64,000 bases of DNA from a virus (lineage: Duplodnaviria; Caudoviricetes). Shown here piece by piece: positions 22,270-31,368 of this stretch. How positions within the stretch are numbered: the stretch's first letter is position 1; every line of letters begins with the position of its first letter. Location of the stretch: IMG/VR virus record IMGVR_UViG_3300025073_000989. The stretch is one strand, 5' to 3'. The notes under the pieces are model-generated. The model was not told where the DNA came from, did not search any database, and saw nothing but the letters and a program-made list of their open reading frames with translations. Made by a program: the position numbers and the translations under genes.

Positions 22270-22284
22270 TATTACTCCTAAACT

Positions 22285-22797
22285 TTAATTATATCTTTTA
22301 TGTACTCTTATTTGTGGGTACCAAGAAAGTTTGTACTCATAAGGATCACCTTCAATTGACACTTCGTTTGTTATATCAAAATCCTGAATACTGTTATTTA
22401 GTGTAACCTTAATATTAGATAAATCTAAACCTGAGGACGGAACATCATCTTTAATGGTTATAGCTACATTAGTATTTATATCAACTTCACTTCCATCCTG
22501 TGGAGAAAAACTGTATACGTATGGGGATGATCTATCCTCCTCTAATGCCTCCCAGTCTATCTGATCACACAATTGACCTATTATCACCTCAACTTCTTTG
22601 TTTAGGTTTTCCAAAGTAGTAAGATTTACATACTTAGGAAGTATAACTGAACCGTCAGTCCCAATATGACTAGTGCCTACTTCTAAAAGCCACATATGAT
22701 CTCCATTAGAGGTAGTAAGCACCAAGGACTTTACTGTTGTATTAAACATAACTACTTTTTTAGAATTTAGTGTATTTTTTACATGAATCCTTGCCAT
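22285..22797 (-). CDS. Hypothetical virion protein with C-terminal Ig-like module
   Basis: 170 aa; SPYVYSFSPQDGSEVDINTNVAITIKDD..SSGLDLSNI resembles the Ig modules of 17115..19817. Confidence 0.65.
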   Translation of the reverse strand: MARIHVKNTLNSKKVVMFNTTVKSLVLTTSNGDHMWLLEVGTSHIGTDGSVILPKYVNLTTLENLNKEVEVIIGQLCDQIDWEALEEDRSSPYVYSFSPQDGSEVDINTNVAITIKDDVPSSGLDLSNIKVTLNNSIQDFDITNEVSIEGDPYEYKLSWYPQIRVHKRYN

Positions 22798-23360
22798 TAC
22801 GATCCCCTAATAAAACTCTTAAATGCAATTAATCCTTTTTGTTCGTCATAAACAGAAACTAATTTATCACTTAAACCTTTATCTATATTTATAATAATCA
22901 CCGTTGGTCCTGATTTCATTGTTCTAAAAAAATTAATTATGTTTTGCTTGTCAAAATTACTTTTGAAGTGACTACTCAAATTATAAAAAGTAAAACCTAT
23001 ATTAAAGAAAATTGTAGCTGCTGATTTATTACTAAATAATGTTGGCTGAAAACCAGTAGATTGATGAAACCCACTATTAAACACAACACAAAATAAATTT
23101 TTATTTTTACTTGTTGCAGCTTGTAAAAAAATCGACAAATCCCCAGATATTGAATCATCAGTACAACATACAAAAACTCTACTTTTTGTGCACATAGACA
23201 ACCCTATAGCTAGCGATAGTCCCTCAACAGTATCAAGATACAAAAAAGAAGATTTGTTGAATTTAATAGTTTGGCTGCATAGGTCTTTGCCATAAAAAAT
23301 AACAATGTCTTCCTTATCTAAACAATCTAGGAATAACTCTACTGATTTAGATAGTCTCAT
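22797..23360 (-). CDS. ThDP-dependent decarboxylase beta-subunit-like protein (ComE / phosphonopyruvate decarboxylase C-terminal PP domain), degenerate
   Basis: Likely start is ATG 23360 in an ATGA overlap with the upstream stop. LSLAIGLSM...RVFVCCTDDSI...NLFCVVFNSGFHQSTGFQPT aligns with family ...IGLGLAL...VVVLDGDGS...NL.HIVLDNG.HESTGGQPT. Confidence 0.65.
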   Translation of the reverse strand: MRLSKSVELFLDCLDKEDIVIFYGKDLCSQTIKFNKSSFLYLDTVEGLSLAIGLSMCTKSRVFVCCTDDSISGDLSIFLQAATSKNKNLFCVVFNSGFHQSTGFQPTLFSNKSAATIFFNIGFTFYNLSSHFKSNFDKQNIINFFRTMKSGPTVIIINIDKGLSDKLVSVYDEQKGLIAFKSFIRGS

Positions 23361-23803
23361 GTCAAAAACCAATTATCTATAAATAAAACTGTAGTAAGTG
23401 TATTTTCTAAACCTTCGGCTATTATCGACATAGTATTTTTATAATCCTCATTAAGTTCAAATACAGTTATTCCCAAATCCTTACATTTTTTATAAATAGT
23501 CTCCTCAACGCCAAATAGTATTATTAAAACCGGCTGTTTATATTTTATATTAAATCTTGTTAAGTATGGGATTATATCAATAAACAGAGCACTGTCCAAC
23601 AAAATGGCACCATTTACTCCCCCTAAGCAGGCCCCAGTAACCATACCAACTGCAGCTTCTGGTGTAGTTGCAGGAACATAATGCATAAAGTCGGGGCGCA
23701 TTTTACTATAAAGAACTTTACTACCAACACATGGTATTCCTGAAAAAAACCTATAGTCCAATACTTTACAAAGGTAATCCAAAAAACCTTTAGCTTTTAT
23801 CAT
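23357..23803 (-). CDS. ThDP-dependent decarboxylase alpha-subunit-like protein (ComD / Ppd N-terminal PYR domain), degenerate
   Basis: FFSGIPC...HYVPATTPEAAVGMVTGACLGG...Y.QPVLIIL aligns with family FFTGVPC...HI.AANEGEAVGIAAGAYLAG...Y.IP.L.II. Confidence 0.7.
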   Translation of the reverse strand: MIKAKGFLDYLCKVLDYRFFSGIPCVGSKVLYSKMRPDFMHYVPATTPEAAVGMVTGACLGGVNGAILLDSALFIDIIPYLTRFNIKYKQPVLIILFGVEETIYKKCKDLGITVFELNEDYKNTMSIIAEGLENTLTTVLFIDNWFLT

Positions 23804-23818
23804 AAATTACTATAGCCA

Positions 23819-24796
23819 TTAACTGCTGTAGTCTATAGAATTAATTACATTCTTTAGCCCATATCTAATTATCATATCAATATCATTAAACCATGGGGTT
23901 GGTACAACCTCAGGATCTTGCTCCCTTAAAATTTGAACCATTGCAGAATTATCTGTAGAATAACTGTTAGCTATACCAGTATAACCATTAGTACCACTTA
24001 CTGCTACCGTAATATCGTTATTAGTTACATCCAAAGCTGTAAAGTAGTCTTTTTGTCCTAGACTATCTTTAATCATTAAACAATCACCAGCCTGAACACC
24101 AGTACCAGCGGCTATACTTAACGTAGCTGTATCTGCGGTATAGCTAGAAGTAATTAAAGCCTCGGCTATGGCCGTACCAGCTAGAGTTTCGCTGTCTACT
24201 GGTAAATCAAAACCTAGAATAACAGATGCGTCATTAGTACTTCCAGCAGCAACTTTTACAGAAGACCTGTATGGTCCAGTGTAATATCTGCCTATAGTAC
24301 CTGAAACTATCCAGAGTTTTCCATTTTTATATTCAACAGATGCGTTTTTATAAGCTAACTGGTACCCTAAGTCCGCAGTAACACAAGTTAGAGCCCTAAT
24401 CTTTTCTTCCATATCTGATGCTACATCTTCTCCAGTCCTTGATGTACCTCCCTCATTATAGGCCAGTACTATTTCGTAGTAACCATTACCGTCCGAACCG
24501 CTAACAGTTGCATCTAAACTTATATTTAGTCTATTATGTGTAGCATCCAAAGCAAACTTTCCAGCTGTTCCAGCAAACCCTGAACTTTTACACCACCCAG
24601 CATCAAATTCAGTTATATAAACTTTCTGTATAGCTGTCCTATTGACATTGTCACTATAAGCAGAGGTACTTATTGTGATAACAAACTGCTCATCGCCCTC
24701 ATAATTTACAGGAACAATTTTCTCCTGATCCACCGTTACCCTCTTTATTGTACCAGGGTATAAATCCACATTTTGGGTATCGACATTAAGCGCCAT
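23819..24796 (-). CDS. Virion structural protein with sheath-accessory-type beta domain
   Basis: 325 aa; HNRLNISLD...GEDVASDMEEKIRAL...LWIVSGTIG...SSVKV...ASVILGF is the same domain as in 11864..13462 and 1..3587. Confidence 0.7.
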   Translation of the reverse strand: MALNVDTQNVDLYPGTIKRVTVDQEKIVPVNYEGDEQFVITISTSAYSDNVNRTAIQKVYITEFDAGWCKSSGFAGTAGKFALDATHNRLNISLDATVSGSDGNGYYEIVLAYNEGGTSRTGEDVASDMEEKIRALTCVTADLGYQLAYKNASVEYKNGKLWIVSGTIGRYYTGPYRSSVKVAAGSTNDASVILGFDLPVDSETLAGTAIAEALITSSYTADTATLSIAAGTGVQAGDCLMIKDSLGQKDYFTALDVTNNDITVAVSGTNGYTGIANSYSTDNSAMVQILREQDPEVVPTPWFNDIDMIIRYGLKNVINSIDYSS

Positions 24797-24827
24797 GCTA
24801 TTTTTCTCCTTTTAGTTGTATTAAGTC

Positions 24828-25235
24828 TTATCTATAAAAATATCTTTGTCCTACACTTACACTTGTATAATATTCACAGTTGTCATCTACACAGGTCCAG
24901 CCATATACAGATCCAAAGTTTTCCCTTATCATTATTCCTCCAGTATCAACGTGGTCAGATAAGGACCCTGAAACGCTAACATTCATCTTAAAATAGTCAG
25001 GATCACCAATAGTAGTATTTCTTATCATATGTATGTCTGCCTGTGTACTATATGGGCACTTTATATGATACACCCTAAAGTCACTAAGTTTAACGTCTGG
25101 GTATGTAATATTTTCTATATTAACTTCACATACACTCTGTCCAACTTTAAATTGTGGAAGATTACCGCTAGTAGTGGTACCTACCCTATTCTCCCAACTA
25201 ACATTGCATTTTTCTACTGGACTCCTAGGCATCAT
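24828..25235 (-). CDS. Hypothetical protein (135 aa)
   Basis: ORF in operon, overlapping the upstream stop by 4 nt; beta-rich; no motif recognised. Confidence 0.65.
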   Translation of the reverse strand: MMPRSPVEKCNVSWENRVGTTTSGNLPQFKVGQSVCEVNIENITYPDVKLSDFRVYHIKCPYSTQADIHMIRNTTIGDPDYFKMNVSVSGSLSDHVDTGGIMIRENFGSVYGWTCVDDNCEYYTSVSVGQRYFYR

Positions 25236-25660
25236 TTACCCCTAAAGTTATACAATACGCCGTCATCTTTAATTAAATATGCTACATAATTAAAGTTAAA
25301 CTGATGCTTTTCATCTTCGTGGTTCTTAGTATCTATAACTATATAGTCATTGCCATTTAACTTAGGTACACTATTTATGTTCTTGTTTTTAAGAACTACA
25401 TTATCCAGGTATATCTTACCATCGTTATACCTTACTCCTACCCAGCTAAGTTTAGCTATATAGTAACTAGAAACAAATACTATATACTGACTACTAAAAT
25501 CTAAATTAATATAGTCTATTTCATTTAATTTATCAACGTTTGATATAACTGGGCCAGATAGATAACAACCTTCTAGTTTAGCTAAACCATCTTGCTCATA
25601 TATTACTTTTTCCCAATGAACCTCTAACTTATATCTCTCTGAAATAAAAAATTCCTTCAC
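25232..25660 (-). CDS. Hypothetical protein (142 aa)
   Basis: GTG start after a GGGGGA RBS; tightly packed in the operon. Confidence 0.65.
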   Translation of the reverse strand: MKEFFISERYKLEVHWEKVIYEQDGLAKLEGCYLSGPVISNVDKLNEIDYINLDFSSQYIVFVSSYYIAKLSWVGVRYNDGKIYLDNVVLKNKNINSVPKLNGNDYIVIDTKNHEDEKHQFNFNYVAYLIKDDGVLYNFRGK

Positions 25661-25685
25661 CTGTAATCCCCCATAATTCTTAAAA

Positions 25686-26366
25686 TTAACCTAAATACAA
25701 AGGCTGATGTGGAATAGAAGCGCTAGACTGCCCTATTTTACCAGCTTCCTCTAAACCACCGCCACCTATACTAGTAACAATACCATAAGTAGTTGTATCT
25801 GCGTTTCCTAAACCTGGAAACCCTGCAGACACACTTCCTTGAGAACCGGTAACTTGTCCGTTCGGAGCTAATACTATACCCATATTAGAGGCATCCCCAC
25901 TATAGCTACCTTCTGCGGTCCCTTGTAAAACAAAAGTAGGAGCAGAGGTATTTATATAGTCAATACCAACAACCCCAGAATCTACCCATTTTTGAAATGC
26001 CCAAGTCTCTGTACCAAAAGCCTGTGGATCTCCTTTACTGTAACTATAAGAGGTAATATACATTCCAACCTCATTAAAATTAACAGAAGTACCACCTACA
26101 CCACAGGCGCTTGCTGAAATAACAACATCTTTAGTAGCTGTGCTATCATCACAGCTTGTGTTTGGTATAAGATTTACTGAACCAAGTACACCAGCATATG
26201 TAGTAACATTCACTGTTAAAATCTTAGTAACTTGCGTTTTGTAGGCACTCCAATTACCTAACTGCCAAAGACGATTGCTATTAACCTGCACTTGCCAACT
26301 AATATTCTGAAAACCATCAGTGCCTTCTATATCAACAGTAGTAATACTTCCTAGTATAACCCCCAT
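25686..26366 (-). CDS. Tail-tube-fold / baseplate-proximal tube-like protein
   Basis: 226 aa; GGAGG RBS; MYITSYSYSKG...GTETWAF resembles the terminal strands of tube-fold proteins. Confidence 0.55.
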   Translation of the reverse strand: MGVILGSITTVDIEGTDGFQNISWQVQVNSNRLWQLGNWSAYKTQVTKILTVNVTTYAGVLGSVNLIPNTSCDDSTATKDVVISASACGVGGTSVNFNEVGMYITSYSYSKGDPQAFGTETWAFQKWVDSGVVGIDYINTSAPTFVLQGTAEGSYSGDASNMGIVLAPNGQVTGSQGSVSAGFPGLGNADTTTYGIVTSIGGGGLEEAGKIGQSSASIPHQPLYLG

Positions 26367-26394
26367 TTTATTCCTCCAAACTAGTATTTAACCT

Positions 26395-26412
26395 CTACTT
26401 TAATAAAGGTTA
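26395..26412 (-). promoter_or_regulatory. Candidate late-promoter motif
   Basis: TAACC TTTATTAAA GTAG AGG, intergenic. Confidence 0.45.
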
Positions 26413-26414
26413 CA

Positions 26415-26618
26415 TTATTTTCCCTTACATTTTGTATACATATTATAATCACATTTATATCTATCATTACAATCTGTACAGTTTATCCTTTTATAGGTTT
26501 CTAATCTAGCTTTAAGTTGTCTTTCTGGCAAATATTTATACCCGCCCAAAACATCATAATTATCTTTACTACTCATTTGACTTATTTCTCTTTTTTTTCT
26601 ACATCCCCCGCAAGCCAT
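26415..26618 (-). CDS. Small Cys-rich protein
   Basis: 67 aa with CGGC, CTDC and two more Cys; GGAGGAAAG RBS. Confidence 0.65.
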   Translation of the reverse strand: MACGGCRKKREISQMSSKDNYDVLGGYKYLPERQLKARLETYKRINCTDCNDRYKCDYNMYTKCKGK

Positions 26619-26630
26619 TACTTTCCTCCT

Positions 26631-26864
26631 CTATACCACTGTTGAAATGAGAGTCACTCTGTTTTCATAAAAATTAGTACTAGGTATTGGTACTAAATCT
26701 ACCGAAGCTATATAACCCGAAAATACCCTATCAGCTAGATTAATACGATCGTAAGCTTTTAGTGTTGGTGTATTAGATATTATTGTATATGAAACCGTAG
26801 CTATACCCATAATATCATAGGATATACTAACTGATGTACAATCCACAAACTCTACTGTAGTCAC
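26631..26864 (-). CDS. Small baseplate-region protein
   Basis: 77 aa; AGGAGG RBS before GTG. Confidence 0.65.
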   Translation of the reverse strand: MTTVEFVDCTSVSISYDIMGIATVSYTIISNTPTLKAYDRINLADRVFSGYIASVDLVPIPSTNFYENRVTLISTVV

Positions 26865-26873
26865 CGCTACCTC

Positions 26874-27227
26874 CTATATAGTTACAGGGCTACCAACATT
26901 AAAATCAGTAGCCGTAGTTAGCTCATCCTCTTCAACATACTCTGGTGTTTTAATTTGCTTTCCTGAAAAAACATTTCCACCTTTTGCTGGTAATCTACTA
27001 AAATTGGCTGAAATAAGATCCCCGCCCTGTCCTCTAAAATCAGCACTTTCTAGTAATCTTTCTGTATACGTATAAGTAACTGTTTCTTTTTTCTCAGCCA
27101 TAAAAGTATGTAAGTGAAAAGTAACAGCTGTATCAGTTCCGGCTATCGGCATAGGAGCCCCTGCTCGGAGCCTATACTCTACTCCCACAATACCAATCAC
27201 ATCGGGATCATTAAGATTAATAGTCAT
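26874..27227 (-). CDS. Hypothetical baseplate-region protein
   Basis: 117 aa; AAGGAG RBS. Confidence 0.65.
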   Translation of the reverse strand: MTINLNDPDVIGIVGVEYRLRAGAPMPIAGTDTAVTFHLHTFMAEKKETVTYTYTERLLESADFRGQGGDLISANFSRLPAKGGNVFSGKQIKTPEYVEEDELTTATDFNVGSPVTI

Positions 27228-27239
27228 AACTAAACTCCT

Positions 27240-27884
27240 TTAAACATCAACTTGGTATAAAAATTCATAATTAGCTATAGGTACCTGACCTGGGGTAGTT
27301 TGAATACTAAAACTCTGTAAATAAACAAGACCAGTAATTATATCTAAATCTAACTGCATTAAAACTCCGTTCTGAGGAGACTGGCTATCAGTAACCACAG
27401 AAGTGTCTATGGGCCAAGGCCTACCGGTATAAACTAAACCAAAACTATCAGTATGCATTTCCCTTTGATAAATTGAAGCCGGCCCAGAAGAAGCCGATGC
27501 TTGCAGCGTCCTATACGTTACACTTTTATCCAAACTCCTTAATGTAACATAAGAACCAACCCCACCCTGTGAGTAAGATTTACCCTCTCCAGCAAAAATA
27601 AAATACACTTTATTGTTAACACAATCATACTTTCTTAACCAATTTATAGTCACACCGGCCCTTCCAGCACAATCAGTATGTACTACAGTATTAGCATAGG
27701 CAGAAATAGAAACAGAGGCTATAGTAGGACCGACTATTACCTCTGGAGCCCTTCCCCCTATTACAGATGTAGCCAGTGATAAATCAGTAGAACTATTATA
27801 GTTTATTGATATAATACCTTCTGGAGCATTAGGTCCTAAATCTAAACTGCCTACTAGATTACAACAATCTATTGGGTTTGTCAT
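27240..27884 (-). CDS. Tail-tube-fold / distal-tail-like protein
   Basis: 214 aa; C-terminal VYLQSFSIQTTPGQVPIANYEF parallels VYVNSLEFSYTTGANATENYG of the major tube protein. Confidence 0.5.
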   Translation of the reverse strand: MTNPIDCCNLVGSLDLGPNAPEGIISINYNSSTDLSLATSVIGGRAPEVIVGPTIASVSISAYANTVVHTDCAGRAGVTINWLRKYDCVNNKVYFIFAGEGKSYSQGGVGSYVTLRSLDKSVTYRTLQASASSGPASIYQREMHTDSFGLVYTGRPWPIDTSVVTDSQSPQNGVLMQLDLDIITGLVYLQSFSIQTTPGQVPIANYEFLYQVDV

Positions 27885-27894
27885 CTATGTTTAC

Positions 27895-28338
27895 CTAGCT
27901 AGTTTTTATATTTTTATTAAAATAAGTACCATAAGCAGGACCACCTTGTGCCATAGACGAATGATCATGAATAGTAAAATCACCAATCTCTATTACTGCT
28001 TTTTTACGTGCTCCTAAAAAATATATCCTATTAGTAACTGCAAAAAGATGAGTGTATTTAACTTCAACTAATTGATTAGGGGTGGCTTCTAGCTTACCGA
28101 CATCACGGCCACTTTGATGTGGATGCTGGCAAAACCCTCTTATTACCTCAACGTCCACATCATTTATTTTTATTGTACGCACCAAGTCACCGTGCCCAGC
28201 TATAATATTATCACCTTCATAATTAGTTATTGGTTGCTGCATTATTATAACATCACCTGGATTGGCGTAGTATTTATAATCTGGAGGCGCTGTAATAAGT
28301 TCTTCTATACCATGTAAATTATAAGAATAATTAGTCAT
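27895..28338 (-). CDS. Baseplate-region protein with C-terminal HxH motif
   Basis: 147 aa ending IHDHSSMAQGGPAYGTYF; lies directly downstream of the hub-like genes. Confidence 0.6.
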   Translation of the reverse strand: MTNYSYNLHGIEELITAPPDYKYYANPGDVIIMQQPITNYEGDNIIAGHGDLVRTIKINDVDVEVIRGFCQHPHQSGRDVGKLEATPNQLVEVKYTHLFAVTNRIYFLGARKKAVIEIGDFTIHDHSSMAQGGPAYGTYFNKNIKTS

Positions 28339-28347
28339 ACATACCCC

Positions 28348-28989
28348 CTAACTTATACCAATATTTTCATATGAAAAATTAATTGCTGCAGTTCTTTTTT
28401 CTTCCTTTATAGGAACAGGTGCTTGTGGTACATTTATATTATTCATAGGATTACTAGAAGAAGTATTATTACCAAACATATCAGGAACAGCCGGAGAGAT
28501 TATTATTGTAGGCTCACTGGTAAATTGAAATTTACCAGTCTTTAACCCCTGACTAATAACACCATCAATTTTAACCCACGAATTAAAGGATTTAGTTTGT
28601 CTCCTGTTAATTTTTTTACCTTCCAACTCTTGTAACACGTCAGAACCCATTATATTTATTATAACATAGCTAGGATCATCCCAACAAGGATTAATTGTTG
28701 TCTTCCTTACATATCCGGTAAAAATTTTAGGTATAACAGAAGCTTGGTTTAGCTTCATCCCCATATAAATAACTATATATCTTTTTATATCATCTATTTT
28801 ATTCTGTTTAATCTTTACTGACGCATTAAATGTGGAAAATTGGGCCCTACTTTTATTTATATTTATACTTTGTATATAAGGAGTTTCTGCTATAAGACTA
28901 GTAGAAAATAATGAATAATTAGATATATCCTCAGTTGTTTCTAATCTAGCCCTTATAGGTATTTGTATTATCTCGCTTGTAGTAGCCAT
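28348..28989 (-). CDS. Baseplate hub N-terminal-domain-like protein
   Basis: 213 aa; IQSININKSR..FSTFNASV...IYMG...IFTGYV...IMGSDVLQEL pattern is typical of gp27/late-control-D hub N-termini. Confidence 0.5.
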   Translation of the reverse strand: MATTSEIIQIPIRARLETTEDISNYSLFSTSLIAETPYIQSININKSRAQFSTFNASVKIKQNKIDDIKRYIVIYMGMKLNQASVIPKIFTGYVRKTTINPCWDDPSYVIINIMGSDVLQELEGKKINRRQTKSFNSWVKIDGVISQGLKTGKFQFTSEPTIIISPAVPDMFGNNTSSSNPMNNINVPQAPVPIKEEKRTAAINFSYENIGIS

Positions 28990-28991
28990 TA

Positions 28992-31358
28992 TTAAATCTC
29001 CACTGGATTATTATTTATAGTCACATTAACTTTATCGCCTACCCTTATTAATTCTGGACAACCATTAATTGCTTCTCTAACACCAACCCCATCTATTAAA
29101 ACCTTGTATGCTATATGATTTCCTACATCCTGTATAACTGTGGCCTCTTTACTTATATTTTCAGTGGCCTTTATGTATACATTACCAACTATATTAGCAA
29201 GACCACTACCTTCACCAAGAACCCTAGGCCCTTCATTTACAGAAATGGTATAAGATCCTTGATCAGAGTAACTATAAGTAATATTATTTATTACTCCTCC
29301 AGCATAACCTCTGTCCCCTAATTTAGCAGTACAATTGGGTCCGCAAACATAAGTAACCTCAATACCCTCATCTTCTTCTATATACTCATATATAGTCTGC
29401 GCCATTTTTTTAATCTCATCTTCCTCAAGAGAAGCCATATTTATGTTAACAGATCTACTACCAGCATCCATATAAGTATATACTTCTTCTACCTCGGTAG
29501 CTTCTAGATCTTGTGTTGTGGTAGGATCACTATCTCTAAAGTTTACAGTCTGATCTATTACTTTATTTACTCCAGCATAAGCAACAGCCATTGGAGGGGG
29601 AGGATCATCCATAGTTATTGCTGATACCATAGCCTTAGTTTCTATTATTATTCTCCTTGCCCTGCCCTCCTTAGAACCATCATCATGTTCTATTATACCG
29701 TTAGGATCTGTAACAACAAGACAATCTGTATCGAGATCTACAACAGCATATACCTGGTCCACTAGAATAGCAGACTGGGAATTTAGTGGTAAAATTGCAC
29801 CTTTCCCCGTTATTAGATTTCTATAGGCATCTACGTTTATACTACAAAAACCAAGGTCTTTTTCTCCAGAACCTCCGAGTATTAAATTAGTATGCCAGGA
29901 ACTACCTGCTACTATTATAAAATCAACACCATTACCATCAACACCGGTTCCATATTCAGCAAAATCGTTTACATCAGAATTATTAGCAAAGCGTATATAT
30001 GGTTTCTTTCTAAGTAGATCTTGTGGATCCACTATATAGCCAACAACATAATGAACACCCTCAGTGAGAGCTACCGTAACTTCTTTTAGATTATTTGCAC
30101 TCACTAGAACATCCCTATCTTCAGGATTTCTACTAGCCAATCTATCCAAACCAATACCGACTTTGGGCTTACCAAAACAAACATCCAACATTAAACCTAC
30201 AACATAGACCTTAGATATTCTAGTAAAAGCATCCACAGTAGTATTTCTAATAGTCTCATATCGCAAAGCATCAGGAATCTTTACTACAACCCCTTTGGTG
30301 AGCTGTCCGTTACCATAAGTACCAGTAAATTCAGAATCTTCTAATTCAGTACCTAGCCCATCCATACAAGAAACATCAACACCGGAGTTCTGATCGAAAT
30401 CAGCATTATACATTCTTTTATACAGTTTACCTATCTGCGGTTTCTTAGTAGAATCAAATCTATCAGCCATTTCCAATGGCCCGGCATTTTCCCTCATCAC
30501 ATATTCAGGACTACCATCATTGTTTGGTCTAGATATCTCTATAGGAACTGAGCACTGTCTCTTGTATGAAACATTGGTTTCAGGAGTTACCCATTCTTCT
30601 GGCGGTTCTATGGTCCAGGCCCATCCTATTATTTTTTCAAAAGGACTTCTATCTACATTCATATCGTAAATTGTAGATATACCATCCTTATAGTCCGTAC
30701 TAGAAAAATGAGGATTTCTAAAAGTAATAGTAGCATGTCCAGAAAACATATCTTTGTTACAGTTACTTACCATACTGTGTGTATCCCACAAAACAGCACC
30801 ATTACCTTTAACTACCCCCTGGTCTATTGAATCCGATTGAAGTAAATCATACCACTCGCCCTGCTTCCTTAAAGGTAGAGGTTTTCTTCCAGTAATAAGA
30901 ACCGTGGTATCTTTATTATCAAAAGCTTTTGATGGTATTGTATGTAGTATGTATGGTGAAAAATTAGCATTTCTTTTACCTATCTCTACAAACTCTACTT
31001 TACCATCCTCATTTACTATTGGCTCCTTTAAATATGTAGTTGCATAGTTATTACCGATCTTACCAAACTCTTCTATCAGGGACAGCTTAAGTGTAGTTAT
31101 TGCATCAGCATGCTTTAAATCTATTCCTTCTAACGGCCCTCCGCCAGAAGTGTCATATTCCATGGGAATATTAAAAGTATTAAGTATAAACTCAGCAACG
31201 CTTCCAGGTACAGGATTTTTACCTCTAAAGGTCTCTATATCCCTCATAGAAAGATCGCCTTGTGATGGGTCAGCCAAATCAGCAGGCGAAGTATCACAAA
31301 ATGTAGGCCAGGCTTTAGGCCTATCTGCCTCTGTTCTTTCTTCTATAGCCTTTACCAT
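28992..31358 (-). CDS. Baseplate hub / Tal-like protein with C-terminal OB-like segment
   Basis: 788 aa immediately downstream of the tape measure gene; C-terminal GGVINNITYSYS...YTISV and YKVLIDG...IRVGDKVNV. Confidence 0.55.
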   Translation of the reverse strand: MVKAIEERTEADRPKAWPTFCDTSPADLADPSQGDLSMRDIETFRGKNPVPGSVAEFILNTFNIPMEYDTSGGGPLEGIDLKHADAITTLKLSLIEEFGKIGNNYATTYLKEPIVNEDGKVEFVEIGKRNANFSPYILHTIPSKAFDNKDTTVLITGRKPLPLRKQGEWYDLLQSDSIDQGVVKGNGAVLWDTHSMVSNCNKDMFSGHATITFRNPHFSSTDYKDGISTIYDMNVDRSPFEKIIGWAWTIEPPEEWVTPETNVSYKRQCSVPIEISRPNNDGSPEYVMRENAGPLEMADRFDSTKKPQIGKLYKRMYNADFDQNSGVDVSCMDGLGTELEDSEFTGTYGNGQLTKGVVVKIPDALRYETIRNTTVDAFTRISKVYVVGLMLDVCFGKPKVGIGLDRLASRNPEDRDVLVSANNLKEVTVALTEGVHYVVGYIVDPQDLLRKKPYIRFANNSDVNDFAEYGTGVDGNGVDFIIVAGSSWHTNLILGGSGEKDLGFCSINVDAYRNLITGKGAILPLNSQSAILVDQVYAVVDLDTDCLVVTDPNGIIEHDDGSKEGRARRIIIETKAMVSAITMDDPPPPMAVAYAGVNKVIDQTVNFRDSDPTTTQDLEATEVEEVYTYMDAGSRSVNINMASLEEDEIKKMAQTIYEYIEEDEGIEVTYVCGPNCTAKLGDRGYAGGVINNITYSYSDQGSYTISVNEGPRVLGEGSGLANIVGNVYIKATENISKEATVIQDVGNHIAYKVLIDGVGVREAINGCPELIRVGDKVNVTINNNPVEI

Positions 31359-31368
31359 TCTCTCTCCA

